Assembly (NCBI GenBank): GCA_030265395.1
Contig: JARFYF010000118.1
Span: 24,506,081 to 24,570,080 of the forward strand
Direction: 5' to 3'
Length of the DNA stretch: 64,000 bases
Source of the DNA: Rhina ancylostomus
Lineage: Eukaryota
The first letter of the stretch is position 1. Each line of letters begins with the position of its first letter. Position numbers and translations under genes: made by a program. The notes beneath the pieces are model-generated. The model was not told the origin of the DNA. It made no database searches and saw only the letters and a list, made by a program, of their open reading frames with translations. Below are positions 53,021 through 64,000 of the stretch, piece after piece.

Positions 53021-53024
53021 CCAT
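53021..53024 (-). CDS. map3k22: MEKK2/3-family kinase, start exon (coding part ATG G; whole exon about 53021-53102 including 5'UTR)
   Basis: Minus strand reads ttcttgtttgttcaccag|...gtaatc ATG G|gtaagtaagt, with a strong Kozak context and a consensus donor. G plus the AT of the next exon gives Met-Asp, the same 4-nt coding start exon layout as MAP3K2/MAP3K3. Confidence 0.75.
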
Positions 53025-53078
53025 GATTACTGTCAACATCAGGACAAGCTTTCTAGGTGTCAAAGTAGCAAATCGGGG

Positions 53079-53090
53079 CTATCTTTGCAT
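53079..53090 (-). promoter_or_regulatory. Short upstream ORF (Met-Gln-Arg-stop) in the 5'UTR of the start exon
   Basis: caccATG CAA AGA TAG read directly on the minus strand; its ATG lies 66 nt before the main ATG. Confidence 0.5.
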
Positions 53091-53449
53091 GGTGAGGTTA
53101 CCCTGGTGAACAAACAAGAAAGATTATCTATTAGTTTAAAAAAACTAAGCAAAATTTCCTTCAAATATTATTTTTAAAATATGAAAACCACAATTTTCAT
53201 CAATATTGCATATGGTAATATGGATTTTAATCCAATGTTCAAGATAATAGATTCATCTTCAAGACACTAGCAATGGAGAAGAAAGGACTTTCCACTTAGT
53301 CATAGCTCAGAGGTAGCACAGTTCCTGTCCTTTTCTCAAGTGAGCTGAACATTTCCACCACAACCTGATGAGTATTAACTTCAGGTTTGGACAACTGTAT
53401 ACCCTTGCACCTCATCTAACAACTAGCAGATATCTACATCGAGCAAGGT

Positions 53450-53740
53450 ATGGTATAGTGATTAACCAAGTGTGTAAAAGATGAGCCAGACATGAAAGAC
53501 AAATGCAGCCACTCTGTCATATCAAGGATGGAAACTAACATTCATTTCAATGAAGTCTTCCAGCATTCTGGTTAACATTTTACCTTCAACATGAACCACA
53601 GATTAACTGGTCATTCATCTCACCATCAGTTGTACAACATTGTTGGAACAGAATGGCACATTAAGAATATTCATTTCAATATTTGAAGTATTCTAAAACA
53701 TTGTTAGAATACAATGAAGTGTATGAATTCAAGAATTATT
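53450..53740 (+). mobile_element. Degenerate Deu-domain SINE fragment
   Basis: cagcattctggttaacattttaccttcaac..cagattaactggtcattcatctca resembles the core of 8085-8530. Confidence 0.45.
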
Positions 53741-55899
53741 ATTTAGTTAATACAAGAATTTCATCATGAAACATGGGTAGGAGGACAAGCAGCGCCATGA
53801 GTTCTGAACATATCTTTTCACATACAAGAACCACTGTTTACAAATTCACATATTGGCTAGGTTTTGTCAGGCCAGAATGCATATGGAGAAATCAGACATG
53901 AAGCTCAGTGGGCACAGTGGGAGATTCATGTTAATTTGTAAAATTTACTCTAATATTTAAGTTCCCACTCCATACCCACAAACTTCCTCCCTTACTACAT
54001 TAAGTGCATTGGCTAACATAGCACTAAGCTGTGGGAATTTAGAAAGTTCCAGATTCGAACAGTAAACTGCACCAATCTTAGTTTTAGATGTTACACTATT
54101 ACATCTAGCTTCTGTGGCCTCATCTGGATAGGGAAACAGATTTAGGGAGCAGCAGGGTGGGAGAGAGGGTTGTGGAATGAAGGGAAATCAATTAAGGATA
54201 TCCAGCAATGATGGTAATCTAGCCTTTCCTGTTGGGAATATCCACGTGTAGGGCCAACAAAGAATAATTTTAGCACCCTTCCCTGCTTAATGGATTTCCT
54301 CACTCACCTGCCACTCTAATCTGGGTGACTGTAATTTTAAACTTCAGGCAGCAAAGATGCCACTGAAGCTGGCTGGATGTTTTTTTTAAGATCGAAACCC
54401 AATGACATTGTTAAGAAACAATGGCTGTTTTTACTTGTGGCCTAATTTTCCCACCCTTTCCCTTAATAATCTCCCCATTCCAGACTTCTCCCCCACACCA
54501 TCCTCAATCCCCTTCCTGGGTTCTGGTAGTGACCTCCAAAAAGTCCAACTTTAACAGTTGGGCAATTATTTTCTGCCTGCTTCCCAGCCACTTTGATCAG
54601 GACATCAGCAAGCAACATACAACTACTATGGGTGGTACGGGCGAGGTGGGTGAACAGAATTGTGGAGACAATGGGATGAAAACAGTAGGTTTCCAGATAT
54701 GAAGTTGGTGGGACAGGGTTTGAGGGATGAAAGCCCAGTGGACAGGGATAGGAGACACCAGGAAACCCCAGAGGATATATCAAAGAGGGAAGCCATGGTC
54801 CCAAAAGCATCAGTAGGCTGAGGGAGGCTGCCACCAGTAGTCTTGCACTTTTTAGGGGGAGTGAGGACAGAGTGGAATTAAACTGGATCTGACAATAAAG
54901 AATTAGTATACACATAAGGGTACCATTTCAAAATGGACCAGCTGCTCCATAGACCTAACCTCAGGATTAAAATCAATCCTGACATGTCTGTGCATATATC
55001 ACAAAAGCAGTTTTCGATGCAGAATATTCCATAACTAACACTTCGACTATACACAATGCATGGTCATTTGATCAGTTTGGTCAGTTAATTGATTGTATCT
55101 GTACAGAAGAACTTGAATGAGTTGTTGCCTTCGGGGAGCTGAAAAATGTGTGGGGGGGATAAAAAAAAATTATTTTTCTACATCTTATTTTAGTTTTTGT
55201 CTCTTTTTAGCTTGTACAAACAAGAATAATCCACATTTACACAGTAATTCCAAAAAACATTCTGTAGAGATTGGGTTAGATATCAGCGATGCAGATGCAG
55301 AGATAAGGATGCATTACCACACTAGGGAATGTCCAAAGATACAATACTGCAGGACATCTAGTGTGAAAGACCAACAAGAAAAAAAAACAATTCAGTACCT
55401 AATAGGACTGATTTTGATAGGAGACAGGAGTTGTATCGTCAGTCCAGAGACAACAAAAGGCATGATGAGGCTGACAGCCATTCAGATTTCCACAGACAAG
55501 AGACAATTAATTTAAAACTCAGGGCCTTTCTACACAGGTCCCAAACAAATACAGGTGGGAGTAGGATGTCAGGTGACAGAATGTTACTGGTGAAGATCTG
55601 AAACACAGATTTCAGGGCAAGTCATTGCAAGGTAGGCTTGGAATGGCTAGGAATGAAATTGGGGGAAGGATGCAAAGTCCAGGACAGGTGAACCATAATG
55701 TGTTTCAAAGGCAACTCTGGCCCTCCTGTAAACTATTAAAATAATTCCAAACCTCTGCATTGGAGCATATGGAGCTGAATCAGTTGCTGGACTATATACA
55801 ATTTGATTAGTGTAAATATTGCTCAACAAGAATTCAATTAAGAAAATTATAAATTCTTGCCCACTCTTAAACTATATGCAGTACTCANNNNNNNNNNTT

Positions 55900-56870
55900 A
55901 ACAATCTATGTATTTATATTCCATTTTGTCAATCTCCCATGGGCTTTTACTTTTTTTGATCAGCCTGCCACGCACAGCCTTGTCAGAAGCCTTGCTAATG
56001 TCTACGTAAAACACATCAAACAGACTGGCCTCATCAACCCTCTTTGTTACGTCCCCAGGAATTCATTCAGGTTAGTCAGATATCAGCTTTGCATAGCAAA
56101 TTCATGCTGACTGTCCTGGATTAATCTAAATGAAGGTTTTACACAGTCCCTTAGAATGAAGATCAATAATTTACCCACAACCAAATTTAAACCAATGGGC
56201 CTGTAATTACTTGGTTTATTCCTTCCTCCCCTTTCATACAGTGGTACGGCATGACCAGTCATCTAGTCCTCTGACATCACTCCTGTAGTCATAGAAGACT
56301 GAAAAATTGTCAGAAGAACCTTTGCATTTTTGTCCCTGGTTTCTTTTAACATCCTGGGATATATTGCAGCTAGATGTCAATGTATCCATTTTCAAAGATG
56401 ATGAACCTCTTAATATTTCCTCATTATCATTATCCCATTCAATATTTCACATCCATTCACGTAAACTACATCATCACAATCATCCCCCTCGTTTGTGAAG
56501 ATAGTCATAAAAAATGTGTTCAGAATTTTATCCATATCCTAATTAACATATGGATTACCTTTACCATTTCTAATAGGCTTTTCCTTTTAATGCTCTTGCT
56601 CTTCATATACTAATGAATTATTCCAATTTTCTTTGATTTTCCTTGCCAATATCCTGGGACATGTTTTTCTGTTTTCATAATTCACTTTGTTAACATCACT
56701 CCTACACTTTGTATATGATTCCAGATTTTCTGGTTTATTCAGCTCTCAATGTTTGACATATGCTTCCATTTTGTTTTGCCTGACTCTATCTTCTATGTAC
56801 CTTGGTATCCCAGGATCTTTGGTCTTCCTATTGCCCATTTTCTGTCCTGTTAGTGCCTGTCCACCACTAG
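55900..56870 (-). mobile_element. Degenerate CR1 RT fragment
   Basis: Reverse strand gives VDVFYVDISKASDKA, QHEF and NKPSNYRPI. Confidence 0.65.
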
Positions 56871-58079
56871 CATCTGGAGCCTGTCAATGGTGCAACACAA
56901 TCCCACTCCCACTCCAACAGCTTTAACATTATTGTAGAGTCTGAGAAGAAAGCCTACTTGCAAAATTAAGTGAGTCTGAGAAGTTATTGCCCAGAGTTTG
57001 CTGAATCCTTCATGGTAAGGTCCTATGCACTCACAATAAAAGAATCAATAGTATAGTGCCTCAAACAAGCCCACCATTAAAATGGTTAGATCATGCCCTT
57101 TATATTATAAGTGGCAAGTGGTCCACTTTATCACTCTGAAAGAGTGGTCACTCTACCTATGCCACATAGACACATGAGCAATTCCAGAATTTAGAGCTTA
57201 GGACTTGTTCTTACAGCTCACTAATAAACTGGAACACCACAGATAAAATCTTTCATCAGATCTATCTGATACATCATTTGTTTGGTCTCTTTTCTCAGTT
57301 CAGTAAACTCAATATGTTCAAGATCCGACTGGAGAATTCTTGTGTTCCTGTCTACATCGGATGCTTCATAGATTATTTTTATTGCAAAAGATTAACTGAT
57401 TTATCTGAGGTTGACAATGAAGTCAAACTGTCAACCATAAAAAATTTTTAAAATCTCAACATTTATTTCTTTTGCATTCAAGAGTCTAAAGAAAGAATAG
57501 CCATTAACAGGACCATCAAGCCCATCACGAGAATAGAGCTGCAGCTTGGAGTCCAACTGTACTAACTGCACAGTGGTCTCCCTGCTATGTGCCACTAGGA
57601 AAATCATTGCAAGGGTTGTCCTCCGTCATCTCCTTCCAGTGGCCAAAGAGCTGCTCCACAGCTATTCCACCCATCTGGAGGCATAGTTGTTGAGATCTTC
57701 ACTGTGCAAAAAGGTGAGCTCAAAAACCACTGTACACAGCCTTTCTTGACCTCACAAAAGCCTTTGGCTCCACCAATCAAGAGGGTCTGTGGAGTATTCT
57801 TCTCAAATCTGGCTTCCCTCAGAAATTCATCCCCATCCTATGTCTGCTACATTCATACTGCTCAAATAAGTTGCATCATTGCCCAACACCATTCTCAATC
57901 TTTCCAACCTCCCCAACATTGAGGTCCTAGATACATTCATTCTGATCTGATAGGCAGCCCCTGTCATTTGCAAGCCCATCACCAGACTCTGGTCAAAGGA
58001 AACAATTCAATGATGTTCTCAAAGCAACGTTGAAGAAGTGTAACAGCTCCATCAACTTGTGGGAATCCCTGGACCCCGG

Positions 58080-58330
58080 CTGATCAAAATGCAGATGCAG
58101 CATTTGGGACAACATTGAAAATCTTGAATTCCCTTATTAGGGCCACATGGAAACCCAGCAAAATCCACACAACCTCCCATAGTACTCATACACTGCTGAA
58201 TCAAACATCTCCAGATGGACTGTGGCCATGGCAATGGATGCCATTTTGGCCTCATCAGTCACTTCAGAACCCACAGGACTGGAGTGAAAGCAAGCCACCC
58301 TTGATTCGAGGGACTGCCTAAGAATAGGAG
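58080..58330 (+). mobile_element. Very degenerate RTE-clade LINE fragment
   Basis: LKILN...HTLLNQ..RWT.H..WMP is reminiscent of the RTE C-terminus (RKILxI.W...LRW.GHV.RM). Confidence 0.35.
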
Positions 58331-58734
58331 GCTGAAGCTGTAGTTTAAATTCTCTTTGGCGTAGTCAAGTAAAGGATGATCTGATTGTGTTTAAAATGTT
58401 ACCATAAAATTAGGCAGATATGGAGAAACTATTTCCCCTAGAAGAAATCAACAACAGAACACGATACTAAAATTAGAAGCAAGACATCCAGGAGCACAAT
58501 CAAAATGCATTTTTCCACACGAGCAGAAGTTAATACCTTGCCACCTAAAGGCTGTAGGTGCTGGGAAAACTAATGATGGACTAAAGCAGTTAAATTTTCA
58601 TAATGAGTCGCAAAAGTGCAGTGGTAAGACAATAAATTTAAAGTACAGATAATTTGAAATGCAGAGAGGCACATGGGACTGGGTGCACAAGACCCAGTGT
58701 TCCTGTGCTCACTAGTCTTCTCAAATATATTGAA

Positions 58735-58925
58735 GACACAAGACACTGCCGATGCTCAAATCTGCAGCAACAATCTGCTGGAGGAACTCAGTGGGTTGAG
58801 AAGCATGTGTGGGGAGGGAGGGGGGGGAAGGAATCATCAACATTTTTGAATCATCAACAATTCCTTTCCTTCTACAGATGCTGCTCAACCTGCTGAGTTT
58901 CTTCTGGAGATTGTTTATTGCTCAA
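58735..58925. repeat. Second palindromic Penelope terminal-repeat-derived element
   Basis: aacaatctgctggaggaactcagtgggttgag ... ctcaacctgctgagtttcttctggagattgtt form imperfect inverted arms. Confidence 0.7.
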
Positions 58926-59164
58926 GTACATTGTTTGATGGCCTGCCCACTTAATTCATCCCAGCATTCTACTCTGCTGTGATTAGTCTACAGACAATGA
59001 TTGGCAGGGAATTCTAATTCCTGCACTGCCACCACCTTTAATCTCTGGGTTTTGTAGAAATTTTATAAACCCGAAGAGGCAGAATAAAATGTATTTATTT
59101 CTTGCATCCTATGAATGATAATGCATTAATGAATGCTTAGAAAAGCCTAAACATGGAATATATT

Positions 59165-59780
59165 TACATAGAAACATAGAAAAGTAACACACAGAACAGG
59201 CTCTTTGGGCCACCATGTCTGCGCTGATCATGATGCCACATTAAACTAATCCTATCTGCACATGGTCCATATTCCTCTATTCCCTGCCTGATGTCTGTCT
59301 AAAGGCCTCTGAAACTTTGCAATCGTATCTGCTTCTATCACCTCCCCAGACAATGCATTCCAGGCACTGTAACACTGTTGGTGTAAAAACTCCATAAATC
59401 TCCTTTAAACTTTCCCCCTCACACCTTAAATCAATGCCCTCTGGTATGTGACATTTCCACCCTGGGGAAAAAGACTATCTACCCAATGATTCCCTCACAT
59501 AATTTTATAAACTTCTATCAGGTTGCCCTTCAGCTTCCGACATTCCAGAGAAAACAATCCAAATTTGTCCAACCTCTTCTTATACCTAATACACTCCAAT
59601 CCAGGCAGCATCCTGGTGAACCTCTTCTACACTCTCTTCAAAGCCTCCATATCCTTCCTATAGCATGGCAAACAGAACTGCACACAATACTCCAAATGTG
59701 GCCTAACCAGACTTTTACATGGCTGCCGCATGAATTCTCAACTTTTATATTCAACACCCCACCTGAAGAAAGCAGGCATG
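59165..59780 (-). mobile_element. 5'-truncated CR1 LINE
   Basis: catagaaacatagaaa tail. aaacagaactgcacacaatactccaaatgtggcctaacc is the reverse of VRPHLEYCVQFC. Confidence 0.85.
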
Positions 59781-60831
59781 CTGAGACATGCACAAATACA
59801 GCTGCCAATGGGAAATAACTGAAAAGATGGGCAGCTAACTGATTTTCAGGATGTTGAGGTTAAATGTAATATCCCAGCTGCTGCCCAGGCTACAAGATAA
59901 TATAACAAAGGCAAGATGAACTGAGACAGTGAAATCAGTACAGCATAGTTCCACAGTTGTCATGACTTTTCCCAGTTGCACCAAAGTAAAAACTTATGTA
60001 AACCCTGCAATTGCTCCATTAGTAAAGTGACACCAAGTGAGTGACTGATCTGTACAGATCAAGGTCCCAATCATGCTCTAATCTTTTTTAATTGGTCTCA
60101 GCCAGAAAGTGGTAAAGTCACAGCACTTGGTCTCAATACTTTTGGAATTCTGTTGTATTCCCATTTCAAGGCTCCAATAGAAACTGATCTTTGGTGAAAG
60201 ATGCCCTGCAACTTGGGCATCTGGGTCAGCATTGACCAGTTGGGCTGAAGGGCCTGTCTCTGTGCTGTATTACTCTATAATGGAGCAGCCAAGCAATGCT
60301 TTTTGAGCCCACACAAAAAGAATGAAGATATAGATAGGGTACATAAAATGCTACACCACAAATCAAGACTACCAGAGAGAAAGAATTTGTCGAAAAGCAA
60401 ATACATAGAACCACAATACACAGAAGTGTCAACTTTTATTAACATGCAATGAAGCTTTCTCCATGTCTCCTATATTTCCCAAGTTAGTGACTTTAATTCC
60501 AGTTGTGGAAATGGTGAATGCTACAAAGCAGATTCAGTGCAATCAATCCCCGAGTGACAAAACATATTTTCTTCTCATTAATAGAACGCTGTGCAACTTT
60601 GGCAATGTTTGCAGAAAACAGCGTTGTTGTGCCCTCTGATCACAATGTGAAAATGAGCAATGTTACAGTCCATCTGTTATAAATCAGATTCTTCAACTGC
60701 AGCCAAACCTCACCATCAAATGTTCCATTACACCAAAAGAAAAATACCAGAAAAAACTACAGGGACATTTTCCTTCTGATTTATGTATCTGTTTACAAAA
60801 GTTCATCGAGTTTGAAATCAGATTAATCACA

Positions 60832-60852
60832 AACACACACACACACACACAC
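60832..60852. repeat. (AC)n microsatellite
   Basis: Read directly. Confidence 0.9.
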
Positions 60853-62539
60853 ATACACTCAGAGAGGGTTTTTTTACATTATGGTCCTGATAATTCTAAT
60901 GAAACAGGAAAGATGTTTTCCCTTGGCAAACCCAGAAGAACAGGCTTCAACAGGGTTTTGCTAAATGTAAAAGCAGGAACTGGTCACTAATTCTAAAATC
61001 CTTTGTTTGGCTGTAGCCAGCCTGCTTGAGAAGCTGGCCGATGTCAAGTGGGCAAGCTTGTGGCACCAGGCAACAGCAGGGATGCTTAGAAAAAGGAGGG
61101 GAAGCACAATCAAGGAAAGTAAGGAAAAGCCTGTGAGAAACTATAGATGGGGGCAAGGAGCACATCATGAGGCAAAGACAACATTGGTAAAACATCAGAA
61201 CACAGATGGTCCACTTGCTGGGATGGTCAATAATTTCTTGATGGACTGGGGAAAGTACTCCTGCTCTTTGTTACCCACCTGCATTATTGGAAATACTCTA
61301 ATTTCTTCTATGCATCCTCCTCACCTATCTCTAGCTGCTAGATTTGCCAAGATCTGGGAAACACAGCTGGCCACCAGTGAAACTGGAACAGTGAAAAAAA
61401 GCTGACACATACAGCCTCATTTAAATACTTAAATGGGATCTCCTGCTAGGAGCATCTAACCTCAGTTCACTGGAAACATGAGAGACTACACTTGGAGCGC
61501 ACAGACAGTTTCACTGAATCATATCCGCAGTCTGCTTTTCAATTTCCACAATCCTAATGTGCAAGCGATTTTCCTGGCAGGTTATGAAGCCATCACTCCT
61601 GTCATCAGGGCAAGCAATTAAGTCATCCATATCACCAGGCTGCTACCAATTTGAAAGTAATCTCGAACTATCTGCTAACACAGTGATTGCCAGCAACCCA
61701 AGCCCCCCTATTTACAGTGAGGTGGTGGCACACAAGATTTTATAGCTGGGCAACAAACTCATCTGTCTCTCCATCTGGTTGGCCAGTAGTTTAAAGAATG
61801 GTGAGTGGAGGTAAAATTTGTTTGGAACAGTTGGGAAACCTGGAGATCCAGCACTTTGCAAATATTTTTTCCAACCTTCCCCAACAATAGCACCTTACTA
61901 GTATGATTTTATGAGTTTATGGATTACTAATTCTAAATATTTCACTAAAGATACTTCAATCTGATTATCTGAAGAGTAACACTGTTTGCTTGCTGGATTC
62001 ATGTAAACTCCAGATCCTTGTAGAGAGTGCCACACTGGATTAGAAGCCTGCTGAGCAAAATGCTGCTCTAAAGCTCATATCATCTGTAAGAGCAGTGATT
62101 GATGAGTGCTGTCCCTTTACTGCTGACAGTAAAACCCAAGCTATTAAAAGTACTAAAAAAGTAGTTTGATAAATGTGCCTAGATTTTTTTTAATCTATGG
62201 GATTTAGGTATCAATGGCAATTGCAGCATTGATTGGCCAGAAAATAGTAGTGACCTTTCTTAACTTTAAGATAATTGACATTAAACCCAGATATTTTTAA
62301 TTGCCTTTAAGATTTGGAATGTACAGCTTTACCGATCCAAGGGGAAGCCAAGAAACATTGCAAAACTGAGCCAATTATAAAAGAACTGTAGTTCTCTTAT
62401 TAGCAGCCAAATGAACTTGGGTAAAGTCCTAAAACAATTGTACCATTCAAGGCACCACTGCTAGCTGTATTATTAAGTGGTTTGTTTCCTTTTTTCACCC
62501 TAAAATGGCTGTGATCTGGTATTTTTAGAAATGGTCTTA

Positions 62540-64000
62540 TAATTGATTAGCATCAAGTATAGCCCAGGCTAAGGGATCAGAAGACCCATGCTCTAGAACT
62601 GGCTCCTCCTCCAGCAAAGCTGTTCCACTACAGTTGCAACACTAGCATCCTCCCAATAAAATGGAAAGTTTCCGAGGTATTTTCTGACCACAGTAAACAG
62701 GGAAAATGCAACCCAGTTAATCACTGCACAAGCAGCCTATTGTCAATTATCAGTGAACATAGAACATTACAGCACAGTATAGGCCCTTTGGCCCTCAATG
62801 TTGTGCCAACATTTTATCCTGCTCTAAAATCTATCTAGCCCTTCCCTCCCACATAGCCCTCCATTTCTCTATCATTCTGTGGCTCTCTTAAGTCTCTTAA
62901 ACATCCCTAGTGTATCTGTCCCCACAATCTGTGCCGGCAGTGCATTCCACGCACCCACCACTCTATGTAAAAACCTTACCTCTGACATCCCCTTTATACC
63001 TTCCTCTTATCACCTTAAAATTATGCCCCTCATGTTAGCCATTTTCACCCTGGGAAGAAGTCTTTGACTGTCTACTCAATCTCTGCCTCTTATCGTCTTG
63101 TAGACTTCTATCAAGTCACCTCTCATCTTCCTTCTCTCCAAAGAGAAAAGCCCAAGCTCACTCAACCTATCCTCATAAGAACTGATGGAAAGTGTCATCA
63201 ACACCACCAACTAATTGATAGTGTGCTTACTGGTGCCAAATTTGATCTGGCAGGACCACACAACTCCAGCCTTCCTCACAGCCTTGGCGCAAATAGGACC
63301 AAAGGGGTGAATTTCAGAAATGAGATAAGAGAAATACCAACACAGTATTTGACTGACATCAAGGAGATCTGGCAAAATCAACGTTTATGGGAAGATATTC
63401 CCATTGCTGAAGTCATACCTTCAAAAAAGGACGGTTGTGATTGTTGGGGCCCAATCAGCCTAATGCTAGGACACTGTTCTAAGTGTTACTTAGGGCATTG
63501 TCCTAGACCCAACAAACTTCATCTGCTTCATCTTTCTTAGGTGACTGAGTCAGAGTGGGGATGGCTGCTAATATCAATGCTCAATTCCACATACAGTTCC
63601 TCACAAAATGAAATACTTTGAGCCCACATATAGCAAGATCTGGAGGACATTCAAACATGGACTGACAAGTGACAAGAAGGACATTTGAACAAAGTCATGG
63701 CCATCTCCATCAAGAGAGAATTTGGCCACCTACTCTTCACATTCAAAAACATTACCACTGCCAAGTCCCTCACCATCAATATCCTCAGGTCATCTGGCCC
63801 AACTTCATAAATGCTGTACTGCAGCTACAACAGCAGGTCAGAGACTGAGTTTCCTGTAAGAAGCAACTCACCACCTGACAGCCCAAAGGAAAAGTGATGG
63901 AATATGTTTCAAATTGCCTCTATGAATGCAGATCCAATGGTACTCAAGAAGCTTGGTATCATCAACCTACTTGACGTCACATCCACCACTCTAAACTTAC
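62540..64000 (+). mobile_element. CR1/L2-clade LINE (second family) RT region, interrupted by a nested CR1 at 62755-63180
   Basis: LAPPPAKLFHYS...KWKV...NPVNH..SLLSIIS|LMESVIN...DIKE, plus a late qqDLEDIQTWTDK motif. Confidence 0.6.
62755..63180 (-). mobile_element. Nested 5'-truncated CR1 3' end
   Basis: gaacatagaacattac tail. Reverse strand gives [24 protein letters not shown]. Confidence 0.85.

Noticed and set aside
55330-55615. Possible old Penelope tail with a hammerhead-like ctggtga agatctg aaaca cagattt
   Set aside because: The core is mutated, there is no GAAA box after the helix, and the protein similarity is too weak.
60947-61405. Overlapping 82-aa and 132-aa ORFs
   Set aside because: No recognisable gene. 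There is only a faint resemblance to a decayed RTE-type RT, too weak to call.

Overview
This is eukaryotic, AT-rich, repeat-dense vertebrate DNA with several N gaps. The repeat families (CR1 LINEs with (TTCTATG)n tails, V-SINE, Deu-domain SINE, Penelope, Tx1, Rex1) suggest a cartilaginous fish; that is an inference. The window is dominated by one spliced minus-strand gene spanning about 53.1 kb to 3.0 kb. I reconstructed 12 coding exons with GT-AG boundaries and consistent phases. They encode an intact MEKK2/MEKK3-family MAP kinase kinase kinase whose kinase-domain residues fit the third paralog (map3k22 / MEKK3-like) better than MAP3K2 or MAP3K3. The PB1-domain exons are not visible, and exon phases require missing exon sequence, most likely inside N gaps. 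The introns hold many retroelement remnants. The most notable non-coding signals are Penelope-associated minimal hammerhead-ribozyme motifs (one with an intact core on the pre-mRNA strand), a long hairpin element whose arms share a variant, an internally deleted Sushi/Gypsy element with a second LTR-end copy, and a Vingi/Ingi-like LINE remnant. Exon coordinates were read base by base; most repeat boundaries are approximate. Family assignments come from remembered motifs, not database searches.
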